Source of the DNA: Nitrospirota bacterium
GTDB lineage: Bacteria; Nitrospirota; Nitrospiria; 2-01-FULL-66-17
DNA length: 64,000 nucleotides
Assembly (NCBI GenBank): GCA_049325335.1
Contig: JBMOMC010000002.1
Coordinates: forward strand, 64,001-128,000
Direction: 5' to 3'
A program made the position numbers and the translations under genes. This document shows positions 37,752-46,917 of this stretch, one piece after another (positions within the stretch are counted from its first letter, which is position 1; each line of letters begins with the position of its first letter). A model generated the notes under the pieces. That model saw only the letters and a program-made list of their open reading frames with translations, was not told where the DNA came from and did no database searches.

Positions 37752-38138
37752 ATGCAAAACCGCATCGTGATCCATTTCGGCGACGGCCGCATCGTCAAAG
37801 GCAGCACCGGGGACTTTTTCCCGAACAAACAGTGGTTTCACTTGGTGGAGAAGGACAGCGGCAAGTCCAATCGCATCGACGTCGCCAAGCTCAAGGGGAT
37901 TTTTTTCGTCAAAGACTACGACGGCCAACCGGAATACCGGCATTGCAACGACGTGGAGCGATCCGGGCTTGGGAAACGGGTGAAAGTCAGTTTTAAAGAC
38001 GGGGAATCGATCGTAGGGTATACCTCGGGGTTTTCTCCGACCAAACCGGGTTTTTTCCTCTTTCCCGCGGATGGGAACGGGAACACGGAAAAAATCTTTG
38101 TGGTCAGCGTGGCCACCGAGGAAATCAGTTTTTTGTGA
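37752..38138 (+). CDS. Conserved hypothetical protein (DUF6982-like, internal two-fold repeat)
   Basis: GGAGG RBS; repeated V.F.DG..I.G....F.P motif. Confidence 0.7.
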   Translation: MQNRIVIHFGDGRIVKGSTGDFFPNKQWFHLVEKDSGKSNRIDVAKLKGIFFVKDYDGQPEYRHCNDVERSGLGKRVKVSFKDGESIVGYTSGFSPTKPGFFLFPADGNGNTEKIFVVSVATEEISFL

Positions 38139-38193
38139 GAGACCTCGCGGCCGGACGCCCTGCACCCCGCGCTCGAATGCACCATCGGGCGTC

Positions 38194-39177
38194 ATGTCCG
38201 GTGCCAACATGACACGAAGCGTCGTCCAGCCCCAACTGATGTCCGCGTTGAACGCGGCGAACAACGACGAGTTCCGCTTCGCCCTGATCTGCGGCATCTT
38301 GGAGGCGTCGCCCGACGGCATTCTCGTCGTGGATGATCAGGACCGGATTGTCACGCACAACCGGCGCATGCTGCACGTCTGGGACATCCCGGAGACCGAC
38401 TTGCCGGGAGCTCGCGACGGCGTGGCGGAAGGGATCGACGATCACCACCTGTTATCGCGCGTGCTTTCTCGGGTGGCGAATCCGGACGCGTTCCTGGCTC
38501 GGGTGAAGGAACTGTACGCCGATCCCAAGGCGGACGATCATTGCGAAATCGAGCTCAAGGACGGTCGGACGCTCGATCGGCATTCCACCGGGTTGTGGAA
38601 CCAAGCTGGGAAATACCTGGGGCGGGTATGGTTTTTCCGCGACATTACGCAGCGCAAGGCGACCGAAGCCGCGCTGAAAGACCTTGCGCAGACCGATTCG
38701 CTCACTGGGGTGGCGAACCGGCGGCACTTCTTGCTGCGCGCGAACGAGGAGTTCAGCCGCGCGAAACGGTTCGGTCGGCACCTCTCGGTGATCATGATCG
38801 ACCTCGATCACTTCAAGGCCGTCAACGACCGATGGGGCCACGCCGGGGGCGACGAGGTCCTCAAGGCGTTTTGCGCCGCGTGGAGTGCGATCGTGCGACG
38901 CGGCGATGTGCTGGCGCGGATGGGCGGAGAGGAATTTGCGTGGCTGTTGTCAGAAACCGGACGGGAGAAAGCGTGTCTGGCGGCCGAGAAGCTCCGTCGC
39001 GTGGCGGCCACGATCGCCGTCCCCCGCGACGGCGACGTGATCACGTTTACGATCAGCGCGGGGGTTGCGACCATGGCGCCGACCGATCGAACGGTCGAAG
39101 ACGCCGTGGCGCGGGCCGACGCGGCGTTGTATCACGCCAAAGCCAACGGCCGTAACCGCACCGAGTCCGACGCCTAA
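38194..39177 (+). CDS. PAS-GGDEF diguanylate cyclase
   Basis: PAS/PAC (FRDITQRK), DSLTG, GGEEF. Start codon uncertain. Confidence 0.88.
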   Translation: MSGANMTRSVVQPQLMSALNAANNDEFRFALICGILEASPDGILVVDDQDRIVTHNRRMLHVWDIPETDLPGARDGVAEGIDDHHLLSRVLSRVANPDAFLARVKELYADPKADDHCEIELKDGRTLDRHSTGLWNQAGKYLGRVWFFRDITQRKATEAALKDLAQTDSLTGVANRRHFLLRANEEFSRAKRFGRHLSVIMIDLDHFKAVNDRWGHAGGDEVLKAFCAAWSAIVRRGDVLARMGGEEFAWLLSETGREKACLAAEKLRRVAATIAVPRDGDVITFTISAGVATMAPTDRTVEDAVARADAALYHAKANGRNRTESDA

Positions 39178-39197
39178 GCCGCGCGGTCCATCACGGA

Positions 39198-40853
39198 TCA
39201 GCGGGCCGGATACGGAGGCAAACTCCGCAGCCGCGGGTCATCAACCGGTCCACCCAGCGTGAAGTGATACAGACTCTGGTACTGGAGTGTCGTCAGTCCC
39301 AACACCCGGTGCATGGGGTCGTCGAAGAAACAGCCGATGCCTGTGCCGCGGATGCCCGTGGCCTCGGCCTCCAAGTATAGGACCTGGCCGACGATGCCGG
39401 TTTCCCAAAACAGCCTGGGATACGCCCATGCGCCGTCGCGCTGCAAGGGCCGCTCGAACTCCGCGATCATGCCGAGCGCAAAACAGCCGTCGGCCGCAAT
39501 CGCTTGATGGCAGGAGACTTGCTCGGCGACTTGCCGGGCATCCCCGGTGAGTAACCGATATAGCGGCAGGCCGTCAGGGCACGCCGCGGGTCGCTCCCAG
39601 GCGAACTCCGGCTTCATGGCCGCGCGGAGGGCCTCCGCCTGCCCGGGCTCTCGTACCAGCAGATAGAGTCCGGGGTCCAGGTCCTGGACGCGATGGACAA
39701 AGAGCGCTAAGTGAACGCGCGGTGTCCAGGGGAGCATGGTGAAGGGGAATTGACCGGGACCGGCCAAGGTCTTGCCCAGAATCTGGTAGAACGCCTCGCG
39801 TGTAATGCCGGTCCGGCCGTCGAACGCCACCGCGCTGCGACGTTGAAAAATCATGTGGCGGAACGGAATCGGCACGGTTCCGATCGCGCGCGGCGGGCCG
39901 GCAGGATGAGCGCTCTCAGCCCCATGAGCGGTTGGCGGCTTGCGGGCCGCGGCGCTCACGCGGTCGATGATGGGCCAGTCCACGTGATCGGGACTCAACG
40001 GATTGGGGCGACCGTGCCACGACACACTCGCGAACGCGGCGATCGCATCGCTCGGCACCGTCACCGCTCCGCGGGATTCGCCTTGTGGGTAGACCGCGAG
40101 CACGCAGTCGGGGTCCTCGGCTTCGGCGCCGTGAGGATCCCCGACGCCGAGCAACGCCGCCACCTCGTCGCTGCTCAAATCATCCAGGAGGGTTGCCTGC
40201 CAGCCCAAACCCGCGGCCGCCAGGCTCACGGCGGCCATGGCGTGTCCCACGTCGTGCTGGCAATAGCGGTACGCCCGCTCGCCGTACTTCCACGCTTCCC
40301 GCCAATGGACCGACGTCAACCCAATCAACAACACCGCGCTCGGCAACTCCGCGGTCAAGGCTTGCCAGGTCTCCAACGGGACCTCGGCACGGCGTTCCAA
40401 CGCGTGTTCGGCGGGCGCGTAGTGGCACACCATCGGCGCAATGCACAATCCCTCGATCGGGCCGCAGATCAGGTACCCTTCAGTGGGATGGAGGTTGCCG
40501 CTGGACGGGTTGATCCGCAACGCCCATGACGAGTCCCCGGCCTGTTTCCAGGCGGAGAGCGCCAGGCTGTCCGAGAAGAGTTGCGACACGGTGCGATGCG
40601 TGAAGGGCTGCGGTACCACGTGGCCTGCGACAAACGCCGGCTCGTAGCGGGGGTCCGGAGTGGGCGCGACGTGCTCCAGCGTGATCAGCGTGGCGCCCGC
40701 GTACCGCCGAAACGGATCGGGCTGCGTGGCCCAGTCCAAGTGGCCGGGCCCGCGGGCATACGCGTGCAAGTGGTGCTTGGTTGCCTGGTGGTAGGCGATG
40801 ACTTCCGTGAGCGTATCAGACGTCACGCTGCCCTGGTCATCGCCGGTCGTCAT
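39198..40853 (-). CDS. SagB/ThcOx-like tandem nitroreductase-family protein
   Basis: YHQATKH, RINPSSGNLHP, QRRSA, GTGIGCFFDD. Confidence 0.88.
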   Translation of the reverse strand: MTTGDDQGSVTSDTLTEVIAYHQATKHHLHAYARGPGHLDWATQPDPFRRYAGATLITLEHVAPTPDPRYEPAFVAGHVVPQPFTHRTVSQLFSDSLALSAWKQAGDSSWALRINPSSGNLHPTEGYLICGPIEGLCIAPMVCHYAPAEHALERRAEVPLETWQALTAELPSAVLLIGLTSVHWREAWKYGERAYRYCQHDVGHAMAAVSLAAAGLGWQATLLDDLSSDEVAALLGVGDPHGAEAEDPDCVLAVYPQGESRGAVTVPSDAIAAFASVSWHGRPNPLSPDHVDWPIIDRVSAAARKPPTAHGAESAHPAGPPRAIGTVPIPFRHMIFQRRSAVAFDGRTGITREAFYQILGKTLAGPGQFPFTMLPWTPRVHLALFVHRVQDLDPGLYLLVREPGQAEALRAAMKPEFAWERPAACPDGLPLYRLLTGDARQVAEQVSCHQAIAADGCFALGMIAEFERPLQRDGAWAYPRLFWETGIVGQVLYLEAEATGIRGTGIGCFFDDPMHRVLGLTTLQYQSLYHFTLGGPVDDPRLRSLPPYPAR

Positions 40854-40857
40854 GCCG

Positions 40858-41667
40858 TTATCCCGCGGTGATCACGTCATTGAGCAGCCGACACCCGGCA
40901 AAGAGTGTGGCCTCTTCGTCACGCATCCACCGGCTGATGGCGCCCAGGTAGACGAGTGTGTCCGCGACGGCTTTGATGTCGTGGATCCCGGTGTCCGATT
41001 GGGCAACCGTGGGATTCACCGGTTTGCTGCGATCAATCAGATACCGCAAGAGTTGTCGTTCCGGGCCATGACCAATCTCGGCCGCGAGGCGCTGTACAAA
41101 GGGTTCCCACTGAGGCCGGCCCGTTGCGATCGGATTGTCCCCGTAGTGAAGCAACAACTTGGTCAGATACGGATGGTTCCCGGTCCACGCAGCCAACGGG
41201 GGGGCAGTGTCTTTCCCGATCAGCCGTCGCGTTTCCCCATCAAGGAGGACCGAGAGGGGGAACAGGCGGAACGACACATCAGCCAACATCTGGGTGTCGC
41301 CCAAGAGCGTTCTCAGTCGGCGCCCACCGGTCACCACCAGGCTGGTTGGTTTCGCCGCGCACACTCGCGCGAGCAAGGGGGTGATCACCGAGTCAGTCAG
41401 CGCGTCGAGATTGTCCAGAACGATGATCGAACCAGGAGACCACTCAGTGTGTGGAGAAGGGATTTCAGCGAGGTCGACCTCGACGGTTGGGCGTGACAGT
41501 CCCTGCAGGGCGGTTCGGACCAGGGAGGTCTTACCCAGCTTCGGCCCGCCGATCACCGCCAGTGACTCGCCCTGCGCGATGCGCCAACGCAGGTTCCGCA
41601 CGAGGCCCTGCCGACCGATGAATGTGTCTCCGGTCGTGGGAACGGACGTGAAGGGTGTGATGAACAT
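40858..41667 (-). CDS. P-loop ATP-binding protein (small AAA/STAND-like)
   Basis: FIGR, Walker A GGPKLGKT, Walker B IIVLDNLD, TGNHP. Confidence 0.7.
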   Translation of the reverse strand: MFITPFTSVPTTGDTFIGRQGLVRNLRWRIAQGESLAVIGGPKLGKTSLVRTALQGLSRPTVEVDLAEIPSPHTEWSPGSIIVLDNLDALTDSVITPLLARVCAAKPTSLVVTGGRRLRTLLGDTQMLADVSFRLFPLSVLLDGETRRLIGKDTAPPLAAWTGNHPYLTKLLLHYGDNPIATGRPQWEPFVQRLAAEIGHGPERQLLRYLIDRSKPVNPTVAQSDTGIHDIKAVADTLVYLGAISRWMRDEEATLFAGCRLLNDVITAG

Positions 41668-41843
41668 GGCTCACTGTAGCACAGGTCACGCCGCGCTCGA
41701 TGTGCTCCGCCTCGCAGCTCCTCCACTGAATCCCTCGGATCGAAGGATTCGGTTTGCCGGCCGCCTCCGTCGTTGATTTGAGAACCGCATAAACCTCACG
41801 GCGACTTCCCGGCATAGAGACCCGGGTTGGCGTCGAACTGCCG

Positions 41844-42014
41844 CTAACGGCCGACCGAACAGCAGGAGTATGTTTGGTCCCGATGCTCGCTCTGATCTGC
41901 CGTGTTCTTCGGGTTTGCCGACATGCAGCAGTCCGGATCCTTCTGGGGCATGCCGTGATGAACCGAAGTGGTATGTCCACACCCGCACCCCCCGGTTACT
42001 GTCTGTTTGTTCAT
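41844..42014 (-). CDS. 56-aa Cys/His-rich metallothionein-like peptide (not in ORF track)
   Basis: AGGAGG RBS; MNKQTVTGGCGCGHTTSVHHGMPQKDPDCCMSANPKNTADQSEHRDQTYSCCSVGR; preceded by an ECF-like promoter. Confidence 0.7.
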   Translation of the reverse strand: MNKQTVTGGCGCGHTTSVHHGMPQKDPDCCMSANPKNTADQSEHRDQTYSCCSVGR

Positions 42015-42060
42015 GTCCGTCCTCCTGTTTGGGGGTTCGCCAAAGGCTCAAGTGCCCTGG

Positions 42061-42096
42061 TCACCTCGGAGACGGACGACCGAGCCGGATATTACA
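42061..42096 (-). promoter_or_regulatory. ECF-type promoter, copy 1
   Basis: TGTAAT-16-CGTCT on the minus strand; 31/36 identical to the copy at 42850. Confidence 0.7.
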
Positions 42097-42196
42097 CCGG
42101 GCCAAACAATGCCCCGCCTTCCCTCCAAACACGTGGTCCGCACCGCTTGTCGGGTGAACGCGGAATACGATAGACTCCGGCCTCTGAGAGCTACCG

Positions 42197-42802
42197 ATGT
42201 CCGACCATCTGTCTCATCAGCCGCATGAGTCCGAGGCTCCCGAGTCGGCAGTCGTCCGGCTTGACGACCTGGTGGCGGCGCTCAACCAACACCAGGACGC
42301 GTTTCGCGGGTTTCTGCGCCGTCGGGTGGAGGACTCGGCGTTGGCGGAGGACTTGCTTCAGCAGAGTCTGGTGCGGGCGGTGGAGCGCCACCGCTCGGTC
42401 CGAGACGAGACCAGCGCGGTGGCGTGGTTCTACCAGATTTTGCGCAACACCGTCATCGACTATTACCGCTCGCGCGGGGCGGAAGCGCGGCGCGATGACG
42501 CGTACCTTCAAGAGCTGGTGGCGACCGGACAGGACAAGGAGCCGCCGCCGGGTGAGATCACCGCCACGATCTGCGCGTGCCTTAATCGATTGCTGCCGGC
42601 TTTGCGGCCGAACTACGCCGAACTGATCCGGCGTATCGATCTGGAAGGTGAATCGCCCCAACAGGTCGCGGCGGCACTGAACATCTCGGTGAATAACCTG
42701 ACGGTTCGACTCCACCGTGCCCGCCAAGCCCTCCGCGCCAGCCTGGAAGAGACCTGCGGCATCTGTACCACCCACGGGTGCTTAAACTGTACCTGCGAAT
42801 AG
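42197..42802 (+). CDS. CorE-like metal-responsive ECF sigma factor
   Basis: Sigma2 (AEDLLQ, WFYQILRN..IDYYR), linker CAC, sigma4 (VRLHRAR), C-terminal CGICTTHGCLNCTC. Confidence 0.9.
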   Translation: MSDHLSHQPHESEAPESAVVRLDDLVAALNQHQDAFRGFLRRRVEDSALAEDLLQQSLVRAVERHRSVRDETSAVAWFYQILRNTVIDYYRSRGAEARRDDAYLQELVATGQDKEPPPGEITATICACLNRLLPALRPNYAELIRRIDLEGESPQQVAAALNISVNNLTVRLHRARQALRASLEETCGICTTHGCLNCTCE

Positions 42803-42849
42803 GCCGGGAGGATCGGCGCGCCGTTTCCGGCGAGGCCCTGTTCCGGCAC

Positions 42850-42885
42850 TGTAATATCCGCGACGGTCGTCCGTCTCCAGGGTGA
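42850..42885 (+). promoter_or_regulatory. ECF-type promoter, copy 2
   Basis: TGTAATATCCGCGACGGTCGTCCGTCTCCAGGGTGA upstream of the YHS gene RBS. Confidence 0.7.
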
Positions 42886-42926
42886 GCACGGGCAATGGGC
42901 CTGGGGCACCACGAGGAGGGCGACCC

Positions 42927-43691
42927 ATGAACAGCGCGACGATGACAACTCGGGACCACGCAACAGCGCACCACCACGGCACGGTCACGGACCCGATCTG
43001 CGGGATGTCGGTTGACCCGGCGGAGGCGGCTGGCACGAGCGAGTACCGGGGCAACACGTATTATTTCTGCTCGATTCGATGCAAACAAACGTTCGATCGC
43101 GATCCGCCCGCGCACGTTCGTTCCGAGGCTCACGCAGGGCGCGGACCGGCGTCGAAGCCGCCTACGGTTTCCGATCAACCTGGCGGGTTGGGCTCGCTCA
43201 ATCGTCTGGCCTTGAGCGCGACCGTGCACTGCTTGACCGGTTGCGCGACCGGTGAAGTGCTGGGTCTGGTGATCGGCACGGCGTTGGGGTGGGGTACATG
43301 GCCCACCATCGCGTTGGCGGTGGGCTTGGCCTTCGTGTTCGGTTATCTCTTTACTCTGGTCCCGCTCGTGCGGGGAGGGCTGGGATTCCGCGCCGCGTTC
43401 GGTCTGGCTTTGGCCTCGGACACGGCGTCGATCGCGATCATGGAAGTGGTCGACAACGGCGTGATGCTCGTGATTCCCGGCGCAATGGACGCGGGGCTGG
43501 CCGATCCGCTTTTCTGGGGAAGCCTTTCCATCGCACTGACGATCGCGGGCGTCGCCGCGTTTCCGGTGAATCGGTGGCTGATCGCCCGCGGGCGAGGGCA
43601 TGCCTTGGTCCATCAGTACCACGGCCACACCCCGTCGGAGGGTGGGCCTGCCGGCGGGCAGCATGCCGGGACATACGGAGCGCACCATTAA
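42927..43691 (+). CDS. YHS domain plus DUF4396 membrane protein
   Basis: GAGGAGG RBS; DPICGM.VD...YYFCS..C; ATVHCLTGCATGE, FPVNRWLI.RG.GH. Confidence 0.88.
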   Translation: MNSATMTTRDHATAHHHGTVTDPICGMSVDPAEAAGTSEYRGNTYYFCSIRCKQTFDRDPPAHVRSEAHAGRGPASKPPTVSDQPGGLGSLNRLALSATVHCLTGCATGEVLGLVIGTALGWGTWPTIALAVGLAFVFGYLFTLVPLVRGGLGFRAAFGLALASDTASIAIMEVVDNGVMLVIPGAMDAGLADPLFWGSLSIALTIAGVAAFPVNRWLIARGRGHALVHQYHGHTPSEGGPAGGQHAGTYGAHH

Positions 43692-43805
43692 TGGATTGGG
43701 ACGCGTGAACGGCATCGTTATCACCGTGCACCACCGTCGGAGGCCTGTCATTCCGCGTGGTGATATGGTCTGCGGGTTTGCCAATTCCGCGAGGGGACTT
43801 CCGGC

Positions 43806-44630
43806 ATGACCGACCGCGCAGGTGGCGCGTCCGTGCGGTGGCCGCTCCCCAAACACGACTACTGGTCCACGCCGTTCGCCGAGGCGTTGTTACACCATTT
43901 GGTGCTCGTTCCGGGATTGACCATCCTGGATGTTGCCTGCGGCCACGGTATTCCCGCGTTCTATGTGGCCGAACAGATCGGCCCGACCGGGCAGGTCTTG
44001 GGCCTCGACATCAGCGAGCACCAGATCGCGCGCGCTCGGGCGATTCAGGGATCGCAGCTCCCGTGGTTGAAGTTTGAGTGTGTGGACGTGCGCGTATTGC
44101 CGTCATCGGTTCCGACGTTCGATCGCATTATCGGCAACTTGTCGGTCATGTTCTTTCGCCCGAACCGGTTCGACTCGGTCCGCGGGTTGGTTGAGCATCT
44201 CAAGCCCGGCGGCCAACTGGTCCTGACCTTCCCGTCCCTCGGCACGTTCGATGCGCTGTGGCGGAGAATCGATCGCGAAATGGTCGCGCGCGGGCTGAGG
44301 GTGGAAGCATCGCGCCTTGCGGCGTATGTGGCGGAGCGGCCGTCCGCCAAAGACGGTCGGGGATGGCTCGAAGCATTGGGTCTCGATCGGATCGAGGTTG
44401 CCGAGTGGCCCCTGGAAATCGCCACCGGTCCCGGCCCGGCGTTTCTTTTCCATCCGTTGCTGCGAGGAGGATTTCTTGACGATGCGTATGAGTGTTTCGA
44501 TGATCAGCGGCTTGCGGACGAGGTCATGAAGGCGGTATCCGAGGACTTGCCGAGTTTCACGCCGTTGATCGCCCAACGGTGCGTCTTGTCGGGGTGGAAG
44601 CGCGGCCTGAACGACGCCGCGGTCAAGTGA
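43806..44630 (+). CDS. Class I SAM-dependent methyltransferase
   Basis: ILDVACGHG, GLDIS, LKPGG. Confidence 0.88.
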   Translation: MTDRAGGASVRWPLPKHDYWSTPFAEALLHHLVLVPGLTILDVACGHGIPAFYVAEQIGPTGQVLGLDISEHQIARARAIQGSQLPWLKFECVDVRVLPSSVPTFDRIIGNLSVMFFRPNRFDSVRGLVEHLKPGGQLVLTFPSLGTFDALWRRIDREMVARGLRVEASRLAAYVAERPSAKDGRGWLEALGLDRIEVAEWPLEIATGPGPAFLFHPLLRGGFLDDAYECFDDQRLADEVMKAVSEDLPSFTPLIAQRCVLSGWKRGLNDAAVK

Positions 44631-45174
44631 TGTGTGTGAGCCGTAGCCGGGGCGTGTCCGATCCAGACGCCGGTCTGACCCCGGTGTCCACCAGCCCGAG
44701 ATAGCGATCGACATCGGTCCGGAATGTTTCGACTGCGAGTCCCATCCAGATTCCGTGGAATGCACCGAGTCGCTCGCCCGCTGCTTTGGCGAGCGTGCGC
44801 GCCGCCCGCGTGTGGCCCATGCGGAGTTTAAGCAACGCAGCGGCCGAGCCGATCAGTCCCTGGACGAACCGCGCGTGGTCTGACTGCGGGGGGTGCGCGC
44901 GCCACAACGGTTCCCACGCTTCATGCGCCTCCCAGAAATACCAACGGTTGAACAGGTCGACCCCGCGAAGATAGGCCTGCAGCGTCGGCCACTGCTCGGG
45001 CGTCCATGGTGCGTGCACGGCGGGTACACTGCGCGCGATGCGACCGGTTTCCGGGTTTCGGTCAGGGTGCGGCGAGAGGCCGGGGATGAATCGCGACGCG
45101 GGGAGCGTCCGGTCGGATCCGTACCAGGGAATCGTGGCGACGTCAGATGGATCAAGGGGCGGGGTGACGGGCAT
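44623..45174 (-). CDS. DUF309 domain protein
   Basis: GVDLFN..YFWEAHEAWE..W, QGLI. Confidence 0.85.
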   Translation of the reverse strand: MPVTPPLDPSDVATIPWYGSDRTLPASRFIPGLSPHPDRNPETGRIARSVPAVHAPWTPEQWPTLQAYLRGVDLFNRWYFWEAHEAWEPLWRAHPPQSDHARFVQGLIGSAAALLKLRMGHTRAARTLAKAAGERLGAFHGIWMGLAVETFRTDVDRYLGLVDTGVRPASGSDTPRLRLTHIT

Positions 45175-45206
45175 CAGGTGGTGGATAGAAGATGACGGGT
45201 GGGTCG

Positions 45207-46874
45207 CTACTTCGCGGAGAATGAAAAGTTAGCGTTGGTCTGTCGGTTTGGACGGATCGTGACGTGGGCGTCCTGTTTTCCCAACGTGGGGTGCCACGCG
45301 TAGACGTCGTACGTCCCCGGCGGGATGTCGTGAATCCGGAATGAGCCGTCGTCCCGTACGATGGCGTAGTAGGGATTCTCCACCGGGAGGAAGAATGCCT
45401 GCATGAAGTTATGCTGATCGCACTCCAGTTTGAAGATACGGTCTTTCTTCCGGAGGATTACCGGCTTCTTGATGATCTGGCCTTTTTCAGGGAGGGGAAG
45501 ATTGAAGATCGATATGTTGCTCGAGCCCACGACTTCATAACTATGCAGATTGTGCAGGACGCCAGTGGCGGCTTTGGGATCGGTTGGGTCCGCGTCCAGA
45601 TTTTCGATCACGATTTCCTTTTTCTTGACCACCACGCCCGCAAACGTCGATGCGCCGCCCTGCACGAGAAAGCGACACCCCTCCGCCGTCACCTTGGTCC
45701 CCGTGAACTCAAAGGGCTCCCCGCTCTGGACATCCTTCATGTAGACCACGACGTCCTTGAGCGCGTTGTCCTTGCCGATTCGGACCTCCTGGACAATACG
45801 ATTGCCGTGACCGTCGGAGTCGGCTCGGGCGCAGAATCCCATGTTGGGGAACTTGTCGAGGGCAACCACCTTGGGCGCGGGCGGAACGCCTTTGAACGTC
45901 ACCATGCCCGTCAGCGTTCCACCCGTCCTGGCCGGGATTTCGACGGAGTCCTCGTCGTCTTCGATCTCGTCTGACTCAGCCGGCACAACGACGAGGTGGA
46001 TTGGATCCGGCGTATCGAATGTCAGGGTGACGCGCTGCGTTCGTTCATTACCGGCGGCGTCGCGCGCTGAGACGGTGATGGTGTTGGTCCCCTCGAGCAA
46101 CGGCACGCTGTGTGAGAATTCGCCGCGATCCAAGGCAAGGGGAACGTCGTTAAGTCGCGCCTCCACCACGTCGTCGGTATCGGAAATTCGACCCTCCACC
46201 GTGATCACTCCGACATTCGTCACCATGCCATCAGCCGGCCTCGAGATCGAGATATCTGGAGAGATGGTATCAAGCGCGACCATGATCGAGTCCCGGCTCT
46301 GATTGCCGGCGCGGTCCACAGCGGTGGCCACCAGCGGATTCGATCCCTGATCGGTCAGCAGAACGTGAGCGGTAAAAGTCCTGCCCGTCGTCGTCGCCCG
46401 TACGTCATTGACCGTTACGACCGCAGTCGCGTCATCAACCGTGCCAGTGACGATCACGAGGTTACGATTCAGGAGTGCCCCATACGCCGGGGACGTGATG
46501 GTCACCGCGGGGCGGGTAGTATCTGGACGTGTGGAGACGGTTCCTTTCGGCGTGGCTTCGACCGTGTCCGTCGTCGGAGCTTCGTTGGCGAGCACCAGGG
46601 GTTCACGGGCCGGATCGTGCTTGATAGGCGCTGTGTTGGGTGCGGGCCCGGTCGTTTGGTCTCGATGTGGAGCGGCTTTTGTATCCGCTGATTCCGTGGG
46701 GGCTGGAGGTGAGGCGAGTGGCGGAGCGGTGGATTCGGTGGTTGTTGCAGAATGGTCGGGTGGGCTGTCGGACTGCGCCGACGGCTCTGCGATCTTCCGT
46801 GATTCACATGCGGTCAGCAGCGCCAGGACGAACACGCTGGTGCGTAGAGCGTGAGCCGATCTCAGCGGCGTCAT
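45207..46874 (-). CDS. Lipoprotein with two Ig-like repeats and a cupredoxin-like/carboxypeptidase-regulatory-like domain
   Basis: GAGGAGG RBS, LTAC lipobox, D.AGN Ig repeats. C-terminal half closely matches the 55428 gene (HNLH, CDQHNFM). Confidence 0.8.
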   Translation of the reverse strand: MTPLRSAHALRTSVFVLALLTACESRKIAEPSAQSDSPPDHSATTTESTAPPLASPPAPTESADTKAAPHRDQTTGPAPNTAPIKHDPAREPLVLANEAPTTDTVEATPKGTVSTRPDTTRPAVTITSPAYGALLNRNLVIVTGTVDDATAVVTVNDVRATTTGRTFTAHVLLTDQGSNPLVATAVDRAGNQSRDSIMVALDTISPDISISRPADGMVTNVGVITVEGRISDTDDVVEARLNDVPLALDRGEFSHSVPLLEGTNTITVSARDAAGNERTQRVTLTFDTPDPIHLVVVPAESDEIEDDEDSVEIPARTGGTLTGMVTFKGVPPAPKVVALDKFPNMGFCARADSDGHGNRIVQEVRIGKDNALKDVVVYMKDVQSGEPFEFTGTKVTAEGCRFLVQGGASTFAGVVVKKKEIVIENLDADPTDPKAATGVLHNLHSYEVVGSSNISIFNLPLPEKGQIIKKPVILRKKDRIFKLECDQHNFMQAFFLPVENPYYAIVRDDGSFRIHDIPPGTYDVYAWHPTLGKQDAHVTIRPNRQTNANFSFSAK

Positions 46875-46917
46875 GTCATCCTCCTCCCCCGGCATGCCGA
46901 GGGCCGACGCGTGGTAG

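Noticed and set aside
41531..42228. ORF-track ORFs 41531..41980, 41686..42051, 41870..42157, 41874..42173 and 41968..42228
   Set aside because: No recognisable motifs; the 56-aa ORF with a strong RBS and promoter explains the region.
42061..42885. Transposon terminal repeats around the sigma gene
   Set aside because: No transposase or target duplication; the spacing and position before RBSs fit promoters better.
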